NCBI GenBank assembly: GCA_046758965.1
Contig: JBHIBG010000005.1
Location: forward strand, 38,596 to 102,595
Length of the DNA: 64,000 nt
Direction: 5' to 3'
Origin: Candidatus Methylomirabilia bacterium
GTDB taxonomy: Bacteria > Methylomirabilota > Methylomirabilia > Rokubacteriales > CSP1-6
Below are positions 8,972 to 18,105 of the stretch, in pieces (the first letter of the stretch is position 1; each line of letters opens with the position of its first letter). The position numbers were made by a program, and so were the translations under genes. The notes under the pieces were generated by a model that searched no databases, was not told the origin of the DNA, and saw only the letters and a list, made by a program, of their open reading frames with translations.

Positions 8972-9066
8972 GGAGGGGTGGCCGAGCCCGGTTGAAGGCG
9001 TCCGACTCGAAATCGGATAGGGGCCTAGAAGGTCCCTCGGGGGTTCAAATCCTCTCCCCTCCGCCA
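8972..9066 (+). tRNA. tRNA-Ser(CGA)
   Basis: Anticodon arm TCCGA-CT-CGA-AA-TCGGA, long variable arm, CCA end. Confidence 0.95.
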
Positions 9067-9071
9067 GTACG

Positions 9072-9100
9072 TCGGAGGGGGCCTCCGGGGCCCCCTCCGA
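9072..9100. repeat. Perfect 12-bp inverted repeat with G/C-run arms
   Basis: TCGGAGGGGGCC-TCCGG-GGCCCCCTCCGA. Confidence 0.7.
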
Positions 9101-9145
9101 TTCGGGGCGTGCGGGCAAAGCCTGCGTGGGAACGGATGGCGCTGT

Positions 9146-9238
9146 GGAGAGGTGCGGGAGCGGCTTAACCGGCGCGACTGGAAATCGCGAATACGCCCAA
9201 AAGGCGTATCGAGGGTTCAAATCCCTCCCTCTCCGCCA
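9146..9238 (+). tRNA. tRNA-Ser(GGA)
   Basis: Anticodon arm CGCGA-CT-GGA-AA-TCGCG, long variable arm, CCA end. Confidence 0.95.
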
Positions 9239-9274
9239 CCAACATCGGGCGCGTTGCGAGATGAAGCTATGGCA

Positions 9275-9547
9275 TGGCCGTGCTAGACGGGGAGTTAGCG
9301 GTGCCCTGTAGCCCGCAATCCGCTCAAGCGGGGTTGAATCCCCTCCTGAGGACCTTCCGCGTTGAGTTGAGCCTTGCGGGGCGGCGTTGAAGGTTGGGCC
9401 CCACGCAACAGGATTCGTCAAACCCCGCCAGGCCCGGAAGGGAGCAACGGTAAGGCGATCCTCCTGGGTGCCGTGGGAGTACCTGGCTGGAGCAGGTCCT
9501 GCAGGGAGATCGCAGGGCGGGGGCGTTCGAGGGCGGGTGCACGGCCA
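9275..9547 (+). ncRNA. ffs: Large (Alu-domain-containing) signal recognition particle RNA
   Basis: 5' GCCGTGCTAGACGGGGAGTTAGCGGTGCCCTGTA resembles Bacillus scRNA; helix 8 CAGGCCCGGAAGGGAGCA; terminal helix TGGCCGTGC/GCACGGCCA; lies between tadA and dnaX. Confidence 0.93.
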
Positions 9548-9553
9548 TACCTC

Positions 9554-9584
9554 CGGGAGGGGGGCTTTCCCCCTCCCGCTTTTC
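9554..9584 (+). terminator. Terminator-like hairpin after SRP RNA
   Basis: CGGGAGGGGG-GCTTT-CCCCCTCCCG followed by a short T run. Confidence 0.55.
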
Positions 9585-9634
9585 CCCGCGAGTCATCATC
9601 GGGTGGAAACAGCCTCGTTGGAGCTTGACCTGAC

Positions 9635-11290
9635 ATGAGCTATCAGGTGCTGGCGAGGAAGTGGCGGCCACAGACGTTCGCGGCTGTGGTGGGGCAGGAC
9701 CCTATCACGCGGACGCTCAGGAATGCGCTGGTCAGTGGGCGCATCGCCCACGCCTATCTCTTCGCCGGGCCGCGTGGGGTGGGGAAGACCACTACCGCGC
9801 GACTTCTCGCCAAGGCCTTGCTCTGCGCTGAGCGGACCGGGCCCGAGCCATGTGGGCAGTGTGAGGCCTGCCACGAGGTGCAGGCGGGGAGTGCGGTCGA
9901 TGTCATCGAGATCGATGCGGCTTCCAACCGCGGCATCGACGAGATCCGGGCGCTCCGCGAGAACGCCCGTTACGCGGCCGCTCGCGGCCGCTCGAAGGTC
10001 TACATCATCGACGAGGCACATATGCTGACGGAGCCGGCCTTCAATGCTCTCCTCAAGACCCTTGAGGAACCCCCGGCTCACGTGGTGTTCGTCCTGGCTA
10101 CGACCGAGGCCAGACGGATACCCCCCACGATCCTCTCCCGCTGCCAGCGGTTCGACTTCAAGCCGATCCCGCCGGAGGCGCTGATGGCGAGCCTCGAGCA
10201 GGTCCTCCGGGAGGAGCAGGTTTCCTTCGACGCCGACGCTCTGCGCATGCTCGCCTTAGCTGCGGAGGGGAGTCTACGCGATGCTCTCTCGCTCCTGGAT
10301 ACGGCCCTGGCCTATAGCGGGGGCTGGCTCGAAGGGGAGGCTCTGGCCCGGCTTCTCGGCTCCAGCGCCCCGGAACGTGTTCGGGCCTTCGTCGCGGCAC
10401 TTGTCGCTCGGAATGGAGCCAACGCCCTGGAGGTCATCGACGCTGCGGTCCGGGAGGGTGAGGATCTGGGGGGGTTCTGCCGGGACGTCGTGGAGGGGGT
10501 GCGTCAGCTTCTCGTTCTCAAGGTGGCTCCTGGGATCGCCGCGGTGGGCCGCCTCGCCCCTGCCGAGACCGAGGGGCTACGCGCCCTCACCGGGGGGGTG
10601 GTCGAGGAAGAGCTGCTCTTTCTGCTTCGGGTCTTTCTCGAGGCCGATGGCGAGCTTCGTCGGTCGCCGCACCCGCGGGTCGAGCTGGAGATCGCTGCCG
10701 TCCGAGGCACACGGCGGCCTGTGCCGGCGAGCATCGAATCGGTCCTCGCCCGGGTTGAGGAGGCCGAGGCCCGTCTGTGGCGCACGGGGGTTCTCGGCGC
10801 CTCTCAGCCCAAGCGCGAGGCCATTCAAGAAAGCCTCCTTCCGGTCGAAGCTCCCCCGCCTGCCCGCTCTCCGGCGCTGGGGCGCCCTCACGCCGATCCC
10901 CCACCATCACCGTCGGCACCGCCGGAGACGGGGGAAGGGCTCGAGGCGCGGTGGCAGCAAGTGGTGGAAGGCGTCATGCAGCAGAAGCCGACTCTGGGCG
11001 CGGTGCTCCAGCAGTCTCTTCCCGTGGCGCTTCGAGATGGGCAGCTCACTGTGTCCCTGGTCGGGAATCACTTTCATGCCGACCTCCTCGACGATCGCGC
11101 CAACCGTGAACTGATTACCCAGCTGGTCCAGCGCTTGATCCCCGGCGCCACGCGCCTGGATATCTCCGCGGGGGCCAGCGGGGGCATCGGGACGCGGCAG
11201 CATCCCGTTGTCCAAGCCGCGCTCGAGCTCTTCGGTGGGGAGATCGTTGGCGTGCGGCCAAGAACGCCGGAAGGAGGAGCCACATCGTGA
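9635..11290 (+). CDS. dnaX: DNA polymerase III subunit gamma/tau
   Basis: MSYQVLARKWRPQTF, GPRGVGKTT, EIDAAS, IIDEAHML and SRC motifs. Confidence 0.97.
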   Translation: MSYQVLARKWRPQTFAAVVGQDPITRTLRNALVSGRIAHAYLFAGPRGVGKTTTARLLAKALLCAERTGPEPCGQCEACHEVQAGSAVDVIEIDAASNRGIDEIRALRENARYAAARGRSKVYIIDEAHMLTEPAFNALLKTLEEPPAHVVFVLATTEARRIPPTILSRCQRFDFKPIPPEALMASLEQVLREEQVSFDADALRMLALAAEGSLRDALSLLDTALAYSGGWLEGEALARLLGSSAPERVRAFVAALVARNGANALEVIDAAVREGEDLGGFCRDVVEGVRQLLVLKVAPGIAAVGRLAPAETEGLRALTGGVVEEELLFLLRVFLEADGELRRSPHPRVELEIAAVRGTRRPVPASIESVLARVEEAEARLWRTGVLGASQPKREAIQESLLPVEAPPPARSPALGRPHADPPPSPSAPPETGEGLEARWQQVVEGVMQQKPTLGAVLQQSLPVALRDGQLTVSLVGNHFHADLLDDRANRELITQLVQRLIPGATRLDISAGASGGIGTRQHPVVQAALELFGGEIVGVRPRTPEGGATS

Positions 11291-11601
11291 AGGGCTTAGG
11301 GAATCTGCTGAAGGAAGCCCAGAAGCTCCAGGCCAAGATCGAGGCGATGCGGGAGGAGGCGGCGAAGAAGAAGGTGGAGGCCACGGCCGGCGGGGGAATG
11401 GTCACCGTTGAGGCCAATGGCAATGGGGAAATCGTTTCCATCAAGATCGATCCGCAGGTGATCAGCCCGGAGGACCCCCAGATGCTGGAGGATCTGATCC
11501 TGGCAGCCGCGAACGAGGCGCTCCGCAAGGCTCGCGAGATGGTGGCCGGGGAGATGGGGAAGATTGCCGGAGGGTTGAAGATCCCAGGTCTCACGGCATA
11601 G
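11287..11601 (+). CDS. ybaB: YbaB/EbfC nucleoid-associated protein
   Basis: AGGGMVTV...LEDLILAAANEA; dnaX-ybaB-recR synteny. Confidence 0.95.
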   Translation: MKGLGNLLKEAQKLQAKIEAMREEAAKKKVEATAGGGMVTVEANGNGEIVSIKIDPQVISPEDPQMLEDLILAAANEALRKAREMVAGEMGKIAGGLKIPGLTA

Positions 11602-11751
11602 CGCCATGCCGATAGCCGTCGCACGACCCACTTCGTGGGTGGCCGCCGGGGAAGGCCTTCGGCCTTTGATCATCTGGCGGTCGTCACCGTTCCTTGAAGT
11701 TGACGCCAATGCTTGGGCGGCCGGCGCGTAAGCAAGGTTAGGGTGCCGGCG

Positions 11752-12351
11752 GTGTCCCATTACCCGGAACCGGTTGCCAGGCTCATTGACGCGTTCCAGA
11801 AACTCCCCGGCATCGGGCCCAAGACAGCCCAGCGGCTCGCCCTCTTTCTCCTGAAGCAGCCTGCCGAGGAGGTTCGACCCCTCGCCGATGCCATCGTCCA
11901 GGTCAAGTCGCGGATCGTTTCGTGCTCGGTCTGCTTCAACATCACCGAGCAAGACCCGTGCCGGATCTGCCGGGATCCGGCGCGCGACGCGCGCCTGCTC
12001 TGTGTGGTCGAGGAGCCAAACGACCTTCTGGCCGTGGAGCGGACGCGTGAGTTCCGCGGCCGCTATCACGTGCTGCTCGGCGCACTCTCACCGCTGGATG
12101 GGATCGGACCGGAAGATCTCAAGGTGCGAGAGCTCCTGGCCCGGTTGGAACGGGAGAAGGCGGAGGAGGTGATCCTGGCTACCAATCCGAATGTGGAGGG
12201 CGAGGCGACCGCCACCTATCTGGCCAAGCTCCTCAAGTCCCTCGGCGTCCGGGTGACGCGGATCGCCCGGGGCCTCCCGGTGGGGGGCGACCTGGAGTAC
12301 GCGGACGAGGTCACCCTCTCCAAGGCGCTGGAGGGGCGGAAGGAGATGTGA
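11752..12351 (+). CDS. recR: Recombination mediator RecR
   Basis: [14 protein letters not shown]4 zinc finger, [15 protein letters not shown] and [12 protein letters not shown] motifs. Confidence 0.97.
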   Translation: MSHYPEPVARLIDAFQKLPGIGPKTAQRLALFLLKQPAEEVRPLADAIVQVKSRIVSCSVCFNITEQDPCRICRDPARDARLLCVVEEPNDLLAVERTREFRGRYHVLLGALSPLDGIGPEDLKVRELLARLEREKAEEVILATNPNVEGEATATYLAKLLKSLGVRVTRIARGLPVGGDLEYADEVTLSKALEGRKEM

Positions 12352-12365
12352 TATAAGAATTTTGT

Positions 12366-12441
12366 TCCCCGGTAGCTCAACCGGTAGAGCAGGTGGCTGT
12401 TAACCACAAGGCTGCAGGTTCGAGTCCTGCCCGGGGAGCCA
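12366..12441 (+). tRNA. tRNA-Asn(GTT)
   Basis: TCCCCGG acceptor stem, GTGG-CT-GTT-AA-CCAC anticodon arm, CCA end. Confidence 0.95.
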
Positions 12442-12706
12442 TTCACCGGAGGTTGGGGCCCTCCCCCGAAGAGTGTGGGGAGTCTTCGCTCCCGCGGCTC
12501 ATCCGTGGAGCTCCCCGAATCCCCGGGAACCGTCCTGCCTTCTCCCGCCGGGTCGAGTGGGTGCCGCGGGCCAGCTCCTGCGTGTCGGAACCCCTTGCCT
12601 CGGGCGCGGCGAGCCTCATCGGTGCGCCGGCGAGCCGCGAGCCGGTTCGGCCATTCGTCCCGGCATCCGAGACATACGCGCGTCTGACATAAGGAAGGGG
12701 AACGCC

Positions 12707-13639
12707 ATGATAGGAATCTCCACGCAAGACATCGTGCCATTTCTTCTCGCGACCGGCGCGTCGATTGCGCGGTTCGGAGTGCGTATCGGGCTCGTCGTGT
12801 TGGCCGGGTATATCGGTGTCCGCGTGCTCCGGGCCATGTTTCATCGCATGGAGACCCTGCTCATCAGGGCAGGCGAGGCGACCGAGACGGTCCCCGGGGC
12901 CACCAGAAAGCGCGTGACAACGCTGACAAATCTCGTTCGTACGCTGGCCTTCGTGCTGCTGTGGGCCGTGGTGGTCGTCATTTGCCTGGATCAGCTCGGG
13001 TTGGACGTGACCCCGCTCATCGCCGGTGCCGGGATCGCTGGCCTGGCCATCGGGTTCGGGGCTCAGAACCTGGTCCGCGACCTCATCAGCGGCTTCTTCC
13101 TGGTGCTGGAAAACCAGGTCCGGGTCGGTGATGTCGCCATCATCAACGGCACGGGCGGCCTCGTGGAAGCCATCACGTTTCGAACGATCGTGTTGCGAGA
13201 CCTGTCGGGAGTCGTCCACGTGTTTCCCAATGGCACGATCAGCACTCTGTCCAACATGACGAAAGGGTGGTCGGCCTATGTGCTTGACGTGGGGGTGGCG
13301 TACAAGGAAGACACCGACCACGTCGTTGAGGTCATGCGAAGGGTGGCTGAGGAGCAGAGGCAGGATCCTGCTTACGCACCGCTGATTCTGGAGCCGATCG
13401 AGATCTTTGGGGTCGATAACTTCGGGGAATCCGAGGTCACGATCAAAGCTCGACTCAAGACCCAACCGATCCAGCAGTGGAACGTGGGGCGTGAGTACCG
13501 GAGGCGATTGAAGAAGGCCTTCGACGCCGAGGGCATCGAGATTCCCTTCCCTCACCGTTCCATCTACATGGGGGAGGCGAGCAAGCCCTTTCAGCTCCTC
13601 ATGAAGGAAGCGGCCGCGAAGTTGGGGACGGGGGAGTAG
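12707..13639 (+). CDS. MscS family mechanosensitive channel
   Basis: AGAGIAGLAIGFGAQNLVRDLISG, GDV, FPNG and GIEIPFP motifs. Confidence 0.93.
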   Translation: MIGISTQDIVPFLLATGASIARFGVRIGLVVLAGYIGVRVLRAMFHRMETLLIRAGEATETVPGATRKRVTTLTNLVRTLAFVLLWAVVVVICLDQLGLDVTPLIAGAGIAGLAIGFGAQNLVRDLISGFFLVLENQVRVGDVAIINGTGGLVEAITFRTIVLRDLSGVVHVFPNGTISTLSNMTKGWSAYVLDVGVAYKEDTDHVVEVMRRVAEEQRQDPAYAPLILEPIEIFGVDNFGESEVTIKARLKTQPIQQWNVGREYRRRLKKAFDAEGIEIPFPHRSIYMGEASKPFQLLMKEAAAKLGTGE

Positions 13640-13642
13640 CCG

Positions 13643-14467
13643 ATGGGGGAGCCCGACCGCGCCGGTCAGGCTCCGGGCTCCGTCGGGCGGTGCGCCCGCC
13701 CGTGGCTATGCTGGCTGACGGCGTCGCTGGTTGGGTGGGCGGTCCTGGAGGCCGGGGCTGGCGTGGCGTTTCGGGGGTGGCCGGCTGAGAGTGGGGGCTT
13801 GCGGCAGGCGTGGGCGCGCCGGAACCAGGCGGTCGGCTCCAGGCGTGTCCAGCGCGGCTGGCTCGGCTTGGTGGTGCAGGAGGTCACCCCGGCGCTGGCC
13901 AGCGCGCTTGGCTTGCCGGCGGGCCACGGTGTCCTCGTGGTTGACGTGGCAGCCGACAGCCCCGCCGCGCATGCAGGCCTCCAGCGAGGAGACGTGATCG
14001 TCCGGCTCAGCAACAAGCCGGTGAGCCGAAGCGGGGTGTTCCGGAACCTCGTCCTGCGCATCGCTCCGGGGACCAGCGTGCACCTTACAGTGGTTCGCGA
14101 AGGGTACGAGGAGACCGTGGAGGCGATCATGGGCAAGCTTCCCGCACCATTCGAGGCGACCGTTCGGTTGCCGGAGCATCCGGAGTCGCTGGGGATGGCG
14201 ATCTCTGATCTGACTCCGGGGCTGGCCAGGAGGTTCGACCTGCCTGTTACCGCCCGGGGCGCGGTAGTCACCGAGGTGCGGCGGCGCGGCCTCGCTCAAG
14301 CAGCAGGCCTCCGGCCCGGAGACCTGATTCAGGAGGTAAACCGTCAGCCCGTCCGCTCGGCGCGCGATTTCATGCGGGCCGTGGAGCAGGTTCAGGGCGC
14401 GGATCTCCTTCTTTCCGTTGACCGCGGGGGGACGACCGGCTATTTTGTCATCGATCGCGGAGGATAG
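13643..14467 (+). CDS. Tandem PDZ-domain protein (HtrA/DegQ-like C-terminus without protease domain)
   Basis: RGWLGLVVQEVT, SPAAHAGLQRGDVI and AAGLRPGDLIQEVN; no trypsin triad. Confidence 0.8.
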   Translation: MGEPDRAGQAPGSVGRCARPWLCWLTASLVGWAVLEAGAGVAFRGWPAESGGLRQAWARRNQAVGSRRVQRGWLGLVVQEVTPALASALGLPAGHGVLVVDVAADSPAAHAGLQRGDVIVRLSNKPVSRSGVFRNLVLRIAPGTSVHLTVVREGYEETVEAIMGKLPAPFEATVRLPEHPESLGMAISDLTPGLARRFDLPVTARGAVVTEVRRRGLAQAAGLRPGDLIQEVNRQPVRSARDFMRAVEQVQGADLLLSVDRGGTTGYFVIDRGG

Positions 14468-14505
14468 AACGGCTCGGTCCCCGGGCTGAGGCCGAGCGGG
14501 GCGAG

Positions 14506-14991
14506 TCAGACTCCGGACAACGCCGCGAAGATCCGGCGAGCCAGCTCCTCGTGATCGCGCACGTTGTGGGGGAAGATGCCCGCCTCTTTGACCTCGACCA
14601 AGTCGATGCTCCTGCACGGCGTGCTCGGGTCGTATAGCCACAGCGGAAACGCCTGGAAGCAGGAACGGCCGGGCTCCGGCCTGTCGGTGACGAAAATGAA
14701 GCATAGGTCGGGCCAGTGGCGCCGAGCCATCTGGAAGGCCGACCGCTCCCCCCGCTGGCTCTCGACCGCGAGGAATTGGTCGATGTGGGGGCGGTACTTC
14801 ACCGCTAGGCGGAACTCCTTCGGGGGATCCTCACCTTCCAGTCTCACCTCGAGGTCCGGGGAGAATTCGTTGCGTCCGAACCGGAAGCTCGGCAGCTCTC
14901 GCCGGTACTGAGAGACCTGATACCGCGCTCGCCGGAAGATGGACTCAACCATGGCTTTGGAGATCCGATTCTTGGCTTCGAAGACGTCCAT
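14506..14991 (-). CDS. Hypothetical protein with PD-(D/E)XK-like pattern
   Basis: E in first helix, SPDL, then LAVKYR. Confidence 0.6.
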   Translation of the reverse strand: MDVFEAKNRISKAMVESIFRRARYQVSQYRRELPSFRFGRNEFSPDLEVRLEGEDPPKEFRLAVKYRPHIDQFLAVESQRGERSAFQMARRHWPDLCFIFVTDRPEPGRSCFQAFPLWLYDPSTPCRSIDLVEVKEAGIFPHNVRDHEELARRIFAALSGV

Positions 14992-15126
14992 CCTACTTCA
15001 CGCTACACCCCTGGCACTTCTCAATCAAACAGTTCTATCAGATCCGTGCCGCGGCGCAGCGGAGAACGCCGCTCAAGGCAGAACCACGGGAGGTCGGCTC
15101 CTGGCAGGGCACGCCTGGCGAGCCCG

Positions 15127-15135
15127 TGATATAAT
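15127..15135 (+). promoter_or_regulatory. Extended -10 promoter of glcDEF
   Basis: TG-A-TATAAT, then AAGGAGG RBS before ATG 15160. Confidence 0.65.
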
Positions 15136-15159
15136 CGTTCCTCACGGAAGGAGGCGGCC

Positions 15160-16632
15160 ATGGTCACCCTGGTCGAGTCCAAAAAGAAAGCCCTCCGTCG
15201 TGAGCTGGAGGGGATAGCAGGGAAGTCGGCGGTCCTCTCCGATCCCGACGAGCTCGTGGTCTACGAGTCCGACGGCCTCACCCTCCTCCGGGCGCTGGCG
15301 GACTTCGTGATCTTTCCGACATCAGCCGAGCAGATCTCAGCGCTGGTGAAGCTGGCCAACCGAGAGAGCCTCCCGTTCGTAGCCCGGGGTGCCGGCACGG
15401 GGCTGTCGGGCGGGTGTCTCCCGAGCGAGGGCGGGCTGGTCATCGCGCTCACCCGGATGAACCGGATCCTGGAGGTGGACTACGACAACGAGCTGGCAGT
15501 GGTGGAGCCCGGCCTGGTAAACCTCCACCTGTCGTGGGCCGTGGGTCCCCGCGGGTACTACTATGCGCCAGACCCCTCGAGCCAGCAGGCCTGCACGATC
15601 GGCGGGAACATCGCCAACAACTCCGGCGGCCCCCACACGCTCAAGTACGGGGTGACCACCAATCACGTTCTGGGGGCTGAGGTAGTGCTGCCTGATGGTG
15701 AGATCGTCTGGCTTGGAGGAGCGTGCCGGGATCCGCAGGGGTATGATCTCATCGGAGTCTTCGTCGGCTCCGAAGGAACGTTCGGGATCGCGACCAAGAT
15801 CGTGGTCCGCATTCTCAAGAAACCCGAAGCGGTGAAGACCATCCTGGCGGTTTTCAACGAGGTGGACCAAGCTTCTGCGGCTGTCTCCGCCATCATCGCG
15901 CGAGGGCTCGTGCCAGCGGCGCTCGAGATGATCGATCAGGTGACGATCCAGGCCGTCGAGGATGCCTTCGCCTGCGGCTACCCGCGGGATGCCGCGGCCG
16001 CGCTCCTCATCGAGCTCGATGGGCTGGCTGTAGGGATCGAGGCCCAGGCCGAAGGTGTGGTGGCGGCCTGCCGGGCGTGTGGGGCTCGGGAGGTGCGGCT
16101 GGCCAGTGACGAGGCTGAGCGGCAGCGCCTCTGGAAGGGGCGGAAGTCCGCTTTCGGGGCCTATGGCCAGGTCTCCCCAGCCTATCTGGTCATGGACGGG
16201 GTGATCCCACGGACCAAGCTCCCGCACGTGCTGCGGCGTGTAAACGAGATCGTGGCGGCTGCGGAGCTCAGGGTGGGGAATGTCTTCCACGCCGGAGACG
16301 GGAACCTTCATCCCAACATCCTCTACGATCCTCGCCGCCCCGGGGAGGAAGAGCGCGTCGTCCAGGTGGGAGCCGAGATCCTCAAGCTCTGCGCTGAGGT
16401 GGGCGGCTCGATCTCTGGCGAGCATGGCATCGGTCTGGAGAAGATGGATTACATGCCGTTTATCTTCTCCCCTCAGGATCTGGCCACGATGCACCGGCTC
16501 AAGGAGTCCTTCAACCCCCGCGGCCTCTGCAATCCAGGGAAAGTGCTTCCGACCCGGAAGGCTTGCGTCGAGGCGGAACCCGCTTACCGGCCGCATCCGA
16601 TTGAGGAGAAGGGCCTCGCCCAGCGCTTCTAG
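15160..16632 (+). CDS. glcD: Glycolate oxidase subunit GlcD (FAD-linked)
   Basis: ARGAGTGLSGG, PDPSSQ, HAGDGNLHP and GEHGIG motifs. Confidence 0.9.
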   Translation: MVTLVESKKKALRRELEGIAGKSAVLSDPDELVVYESDGLTLLRALADFVIFPTSAEQISALVKLANRESLPFVARGAGTGLSGGCLPSEGGLVIALTRMNRILEVDYDNELAVVEPGLVNLHLSWAVGPRGYYYAPDPSSQQACTIGGNIANNSGGPHTLKYGVTTNHVLGAEVVLPDGEIVWLGGACRDPQGYDLIGVFVGSEGTFGIATKIVVRILKKPEAVKTILAVFNEVDQASAAVSAIIARGLVPAALEMIDQVTIQAVEDAFACGYPRDAAAALLIELDGLAVGIEAQAEGVVAACRACGAREVRLASDEAERQRLWKGRKSAFGAYGQVSPAYLVMDGVIPRTKLPHVLRRVNEIVAAAELRVGNVFHAGDGNLHPNILYDPRRPGEEERVVQVGAEILKLCAEVGGSISGEHGIGLEKMDYMPFIFSPQDLATMHRLKESFNPRGLCNPGKVLPTRKACVEAEPAYRPHPIEEKGLAQRF

Positions 16633-16666
16633 CGTGGGGCGCTGCCGCCTGGCCGCCCGAGGGCCC

Positions 16667-18001
16667 GTGGAACAAGCGCTTATCGAGAAGGTTAGGGGGA
16701 TCGTAGGCTCCGAGCACGTGCTGACCGGCGTCGACCTCTCCCCGTACGTCCTCGAGGGGCGCACCCCGGAGGTGGCCGCCTTCCCCGGCTCGGTGGAAGA
16801 GGTGAGCGAGCTGTTGGTCCTGGCTTCGGAGGCCGGGATCTCCGTGATTCCATGGGGTGGCGGGACCAAGATTGAGGTTGGCGCGCCGCCTAGTGCGCTG
16901 GGGCTGGTGCTTGGAGTCAAGCGCCTGAACCGTCTTCTCGAGCATGAGCCTGGGGATCTGACGGCGACGGTCGAGGTCGGGATGACGCTGGAGGAGCTTC
17001 AGGCGAGGCTGGGGCAGCAGGGGCAGTGGCTCTCGCTTGATCCGGCCTTTGGCAACCGGGCCACGATCGGGGGCATTCTCGCAGCCAACGCTTCGGGCCC
17101 GCGGCGCCACCTTTACGGCACTGCGCGTGATCTCCTGATCGGGATCACGGTGGTTGCGGCGGATGGCTCGGTGGTTCGCGGGGGCGGGAAGGTCGTCAAG
17201 AACGTGGCAGGTTACGACCTTCCCAAGCTTTACATCGGCTCCTTCGGAACGCTCGGGGTGATTGTGCAGGCGACGTTCAAGCTGAGGCCTCTGCCCGATG
17301 ATGATCGGCTCTTCCTCGCATGCTTCGACCGCCTCAAGGAGTGTGGCCTCGCGCTCAGGGCCCTCATGGCCTCCGACTTGATTCCCTCGGCGGTGGAGTT
17401 GTTGGACGCCGAAGTCCTGCGGGCCGCGGGACTGGCGGGGGGCGGGGGCGAAGGCGGCGCGCTGGTCGTCGGCTTCGATGGGCTGACGGAGCAGGTCGCG
17501 TGGCAGTGCGAGGAGGCCCGGCGGCTTTTCTCCACGTGCGGGCTGGTGGGTCACCGAATCCTGCAGGGCCCAGAGCGGGAGCAAGCCTGGCGCGCCCTGC
17601 GCGAGCTTCGGGGGGGAGCTATGGCCGACCCTCTCGCGAGGATGAGATTCGGCGTCCTTCCGATGCAGGTGGCCGAGGTTGTCGAGCAGACGGGAAGTGT
17701 GGCTCAAACCTATGGGCTCCGGGCCGCCTGCTGTGCCCATGCGGGCGTGGGAGTTATCAGAGCCGTCTTGGGTGGCAGCGCGGACTCGGTGGCGTCGGTC
17801 GTCGCCGCGCTGCGGGAGTGGCGGGAAGTGGCGCGCGCGGCAGGGGGCCACGCGCTCCTGGAGTGGGCACCGCTGGGGATCAAGGAAGCGGTGGCTGCAT
17901 GGGATCCGCCAGGCCCTGCCTTCCGGATCATGGAGCGGATCAAGGCCAAGCTCGACCCGAAAGGCATTCTGAACCCTGGTCGTTACGTCGGAGGGATCTA
18001 G
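16667..18001 (+). CDS. glcE: Glycolate oxidase subunit GlcE (FAD-binding)
   Basis: PWGGGTK, ATIGG, GGKVVKNVAGYDLPKL and DPKGILNPGR motifs; start uncertain (16634 or 16667). Confidence 0.88.
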   Translation: MEQALIEKVRGIVGSEHVLTGVDLSPYVLEGRTPEVAAFPGSVEEVSELLVLASEAGISVIPWGGGTKIEVGAPPSALGLVLGVKRLNRLLEHEPGDLTATVEVGMTLEELQARLGQQGQWLSLDPAFGNRATIGGILAANASGPRRHLYGTARDLLIGITVVAADGSVVRGGGKVVKNVAGYDLPKLYIGSFGTLGVIVQATFKLRPLPDDDRLFLACFDRLKECGLALRALMASDLIPSAVELLDAEVLRAAGLAGGGGEGGALVVGFDGLTEQVAWQCEEARRLFSTCGLVGHRILQGPEREQAWRALRELRGGAMADPLARMRFGVLPMQVAEVVEQTGSVAQTYGLRAACCAHAGVGVIRAVLGGSADSVASVVAALREWREVARAAGGHALLEWAPLGIKEAVAAWDPPGPAFRIMERIKAKLDPKGILNPGRYVGGI

Positions 18002-18105
18002 CCGCCGCCAGGGCTCTGTTCGCCCCGGCCGGCAAGGTGGGCGGCGGACTCCGGCCGGCGCCATCCAAAGGCTCGCTGAACGCTTTCGGGACCGAAGGAC
18101 CTCAG

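Noticed and set aside
3590..9066. Shared CCCCTCCGCCA ends as attL/attR of an integrated element
   Set aside because: Both copies belong to complete tRNA-Ser genes; the similarity reflects isoacceptor homology, and no integrase is present.
9635..11290. Programmed -1 frameshift in dnaX
   Set aside because: No A-AAA-AAG or long A-run slippery site was seen.
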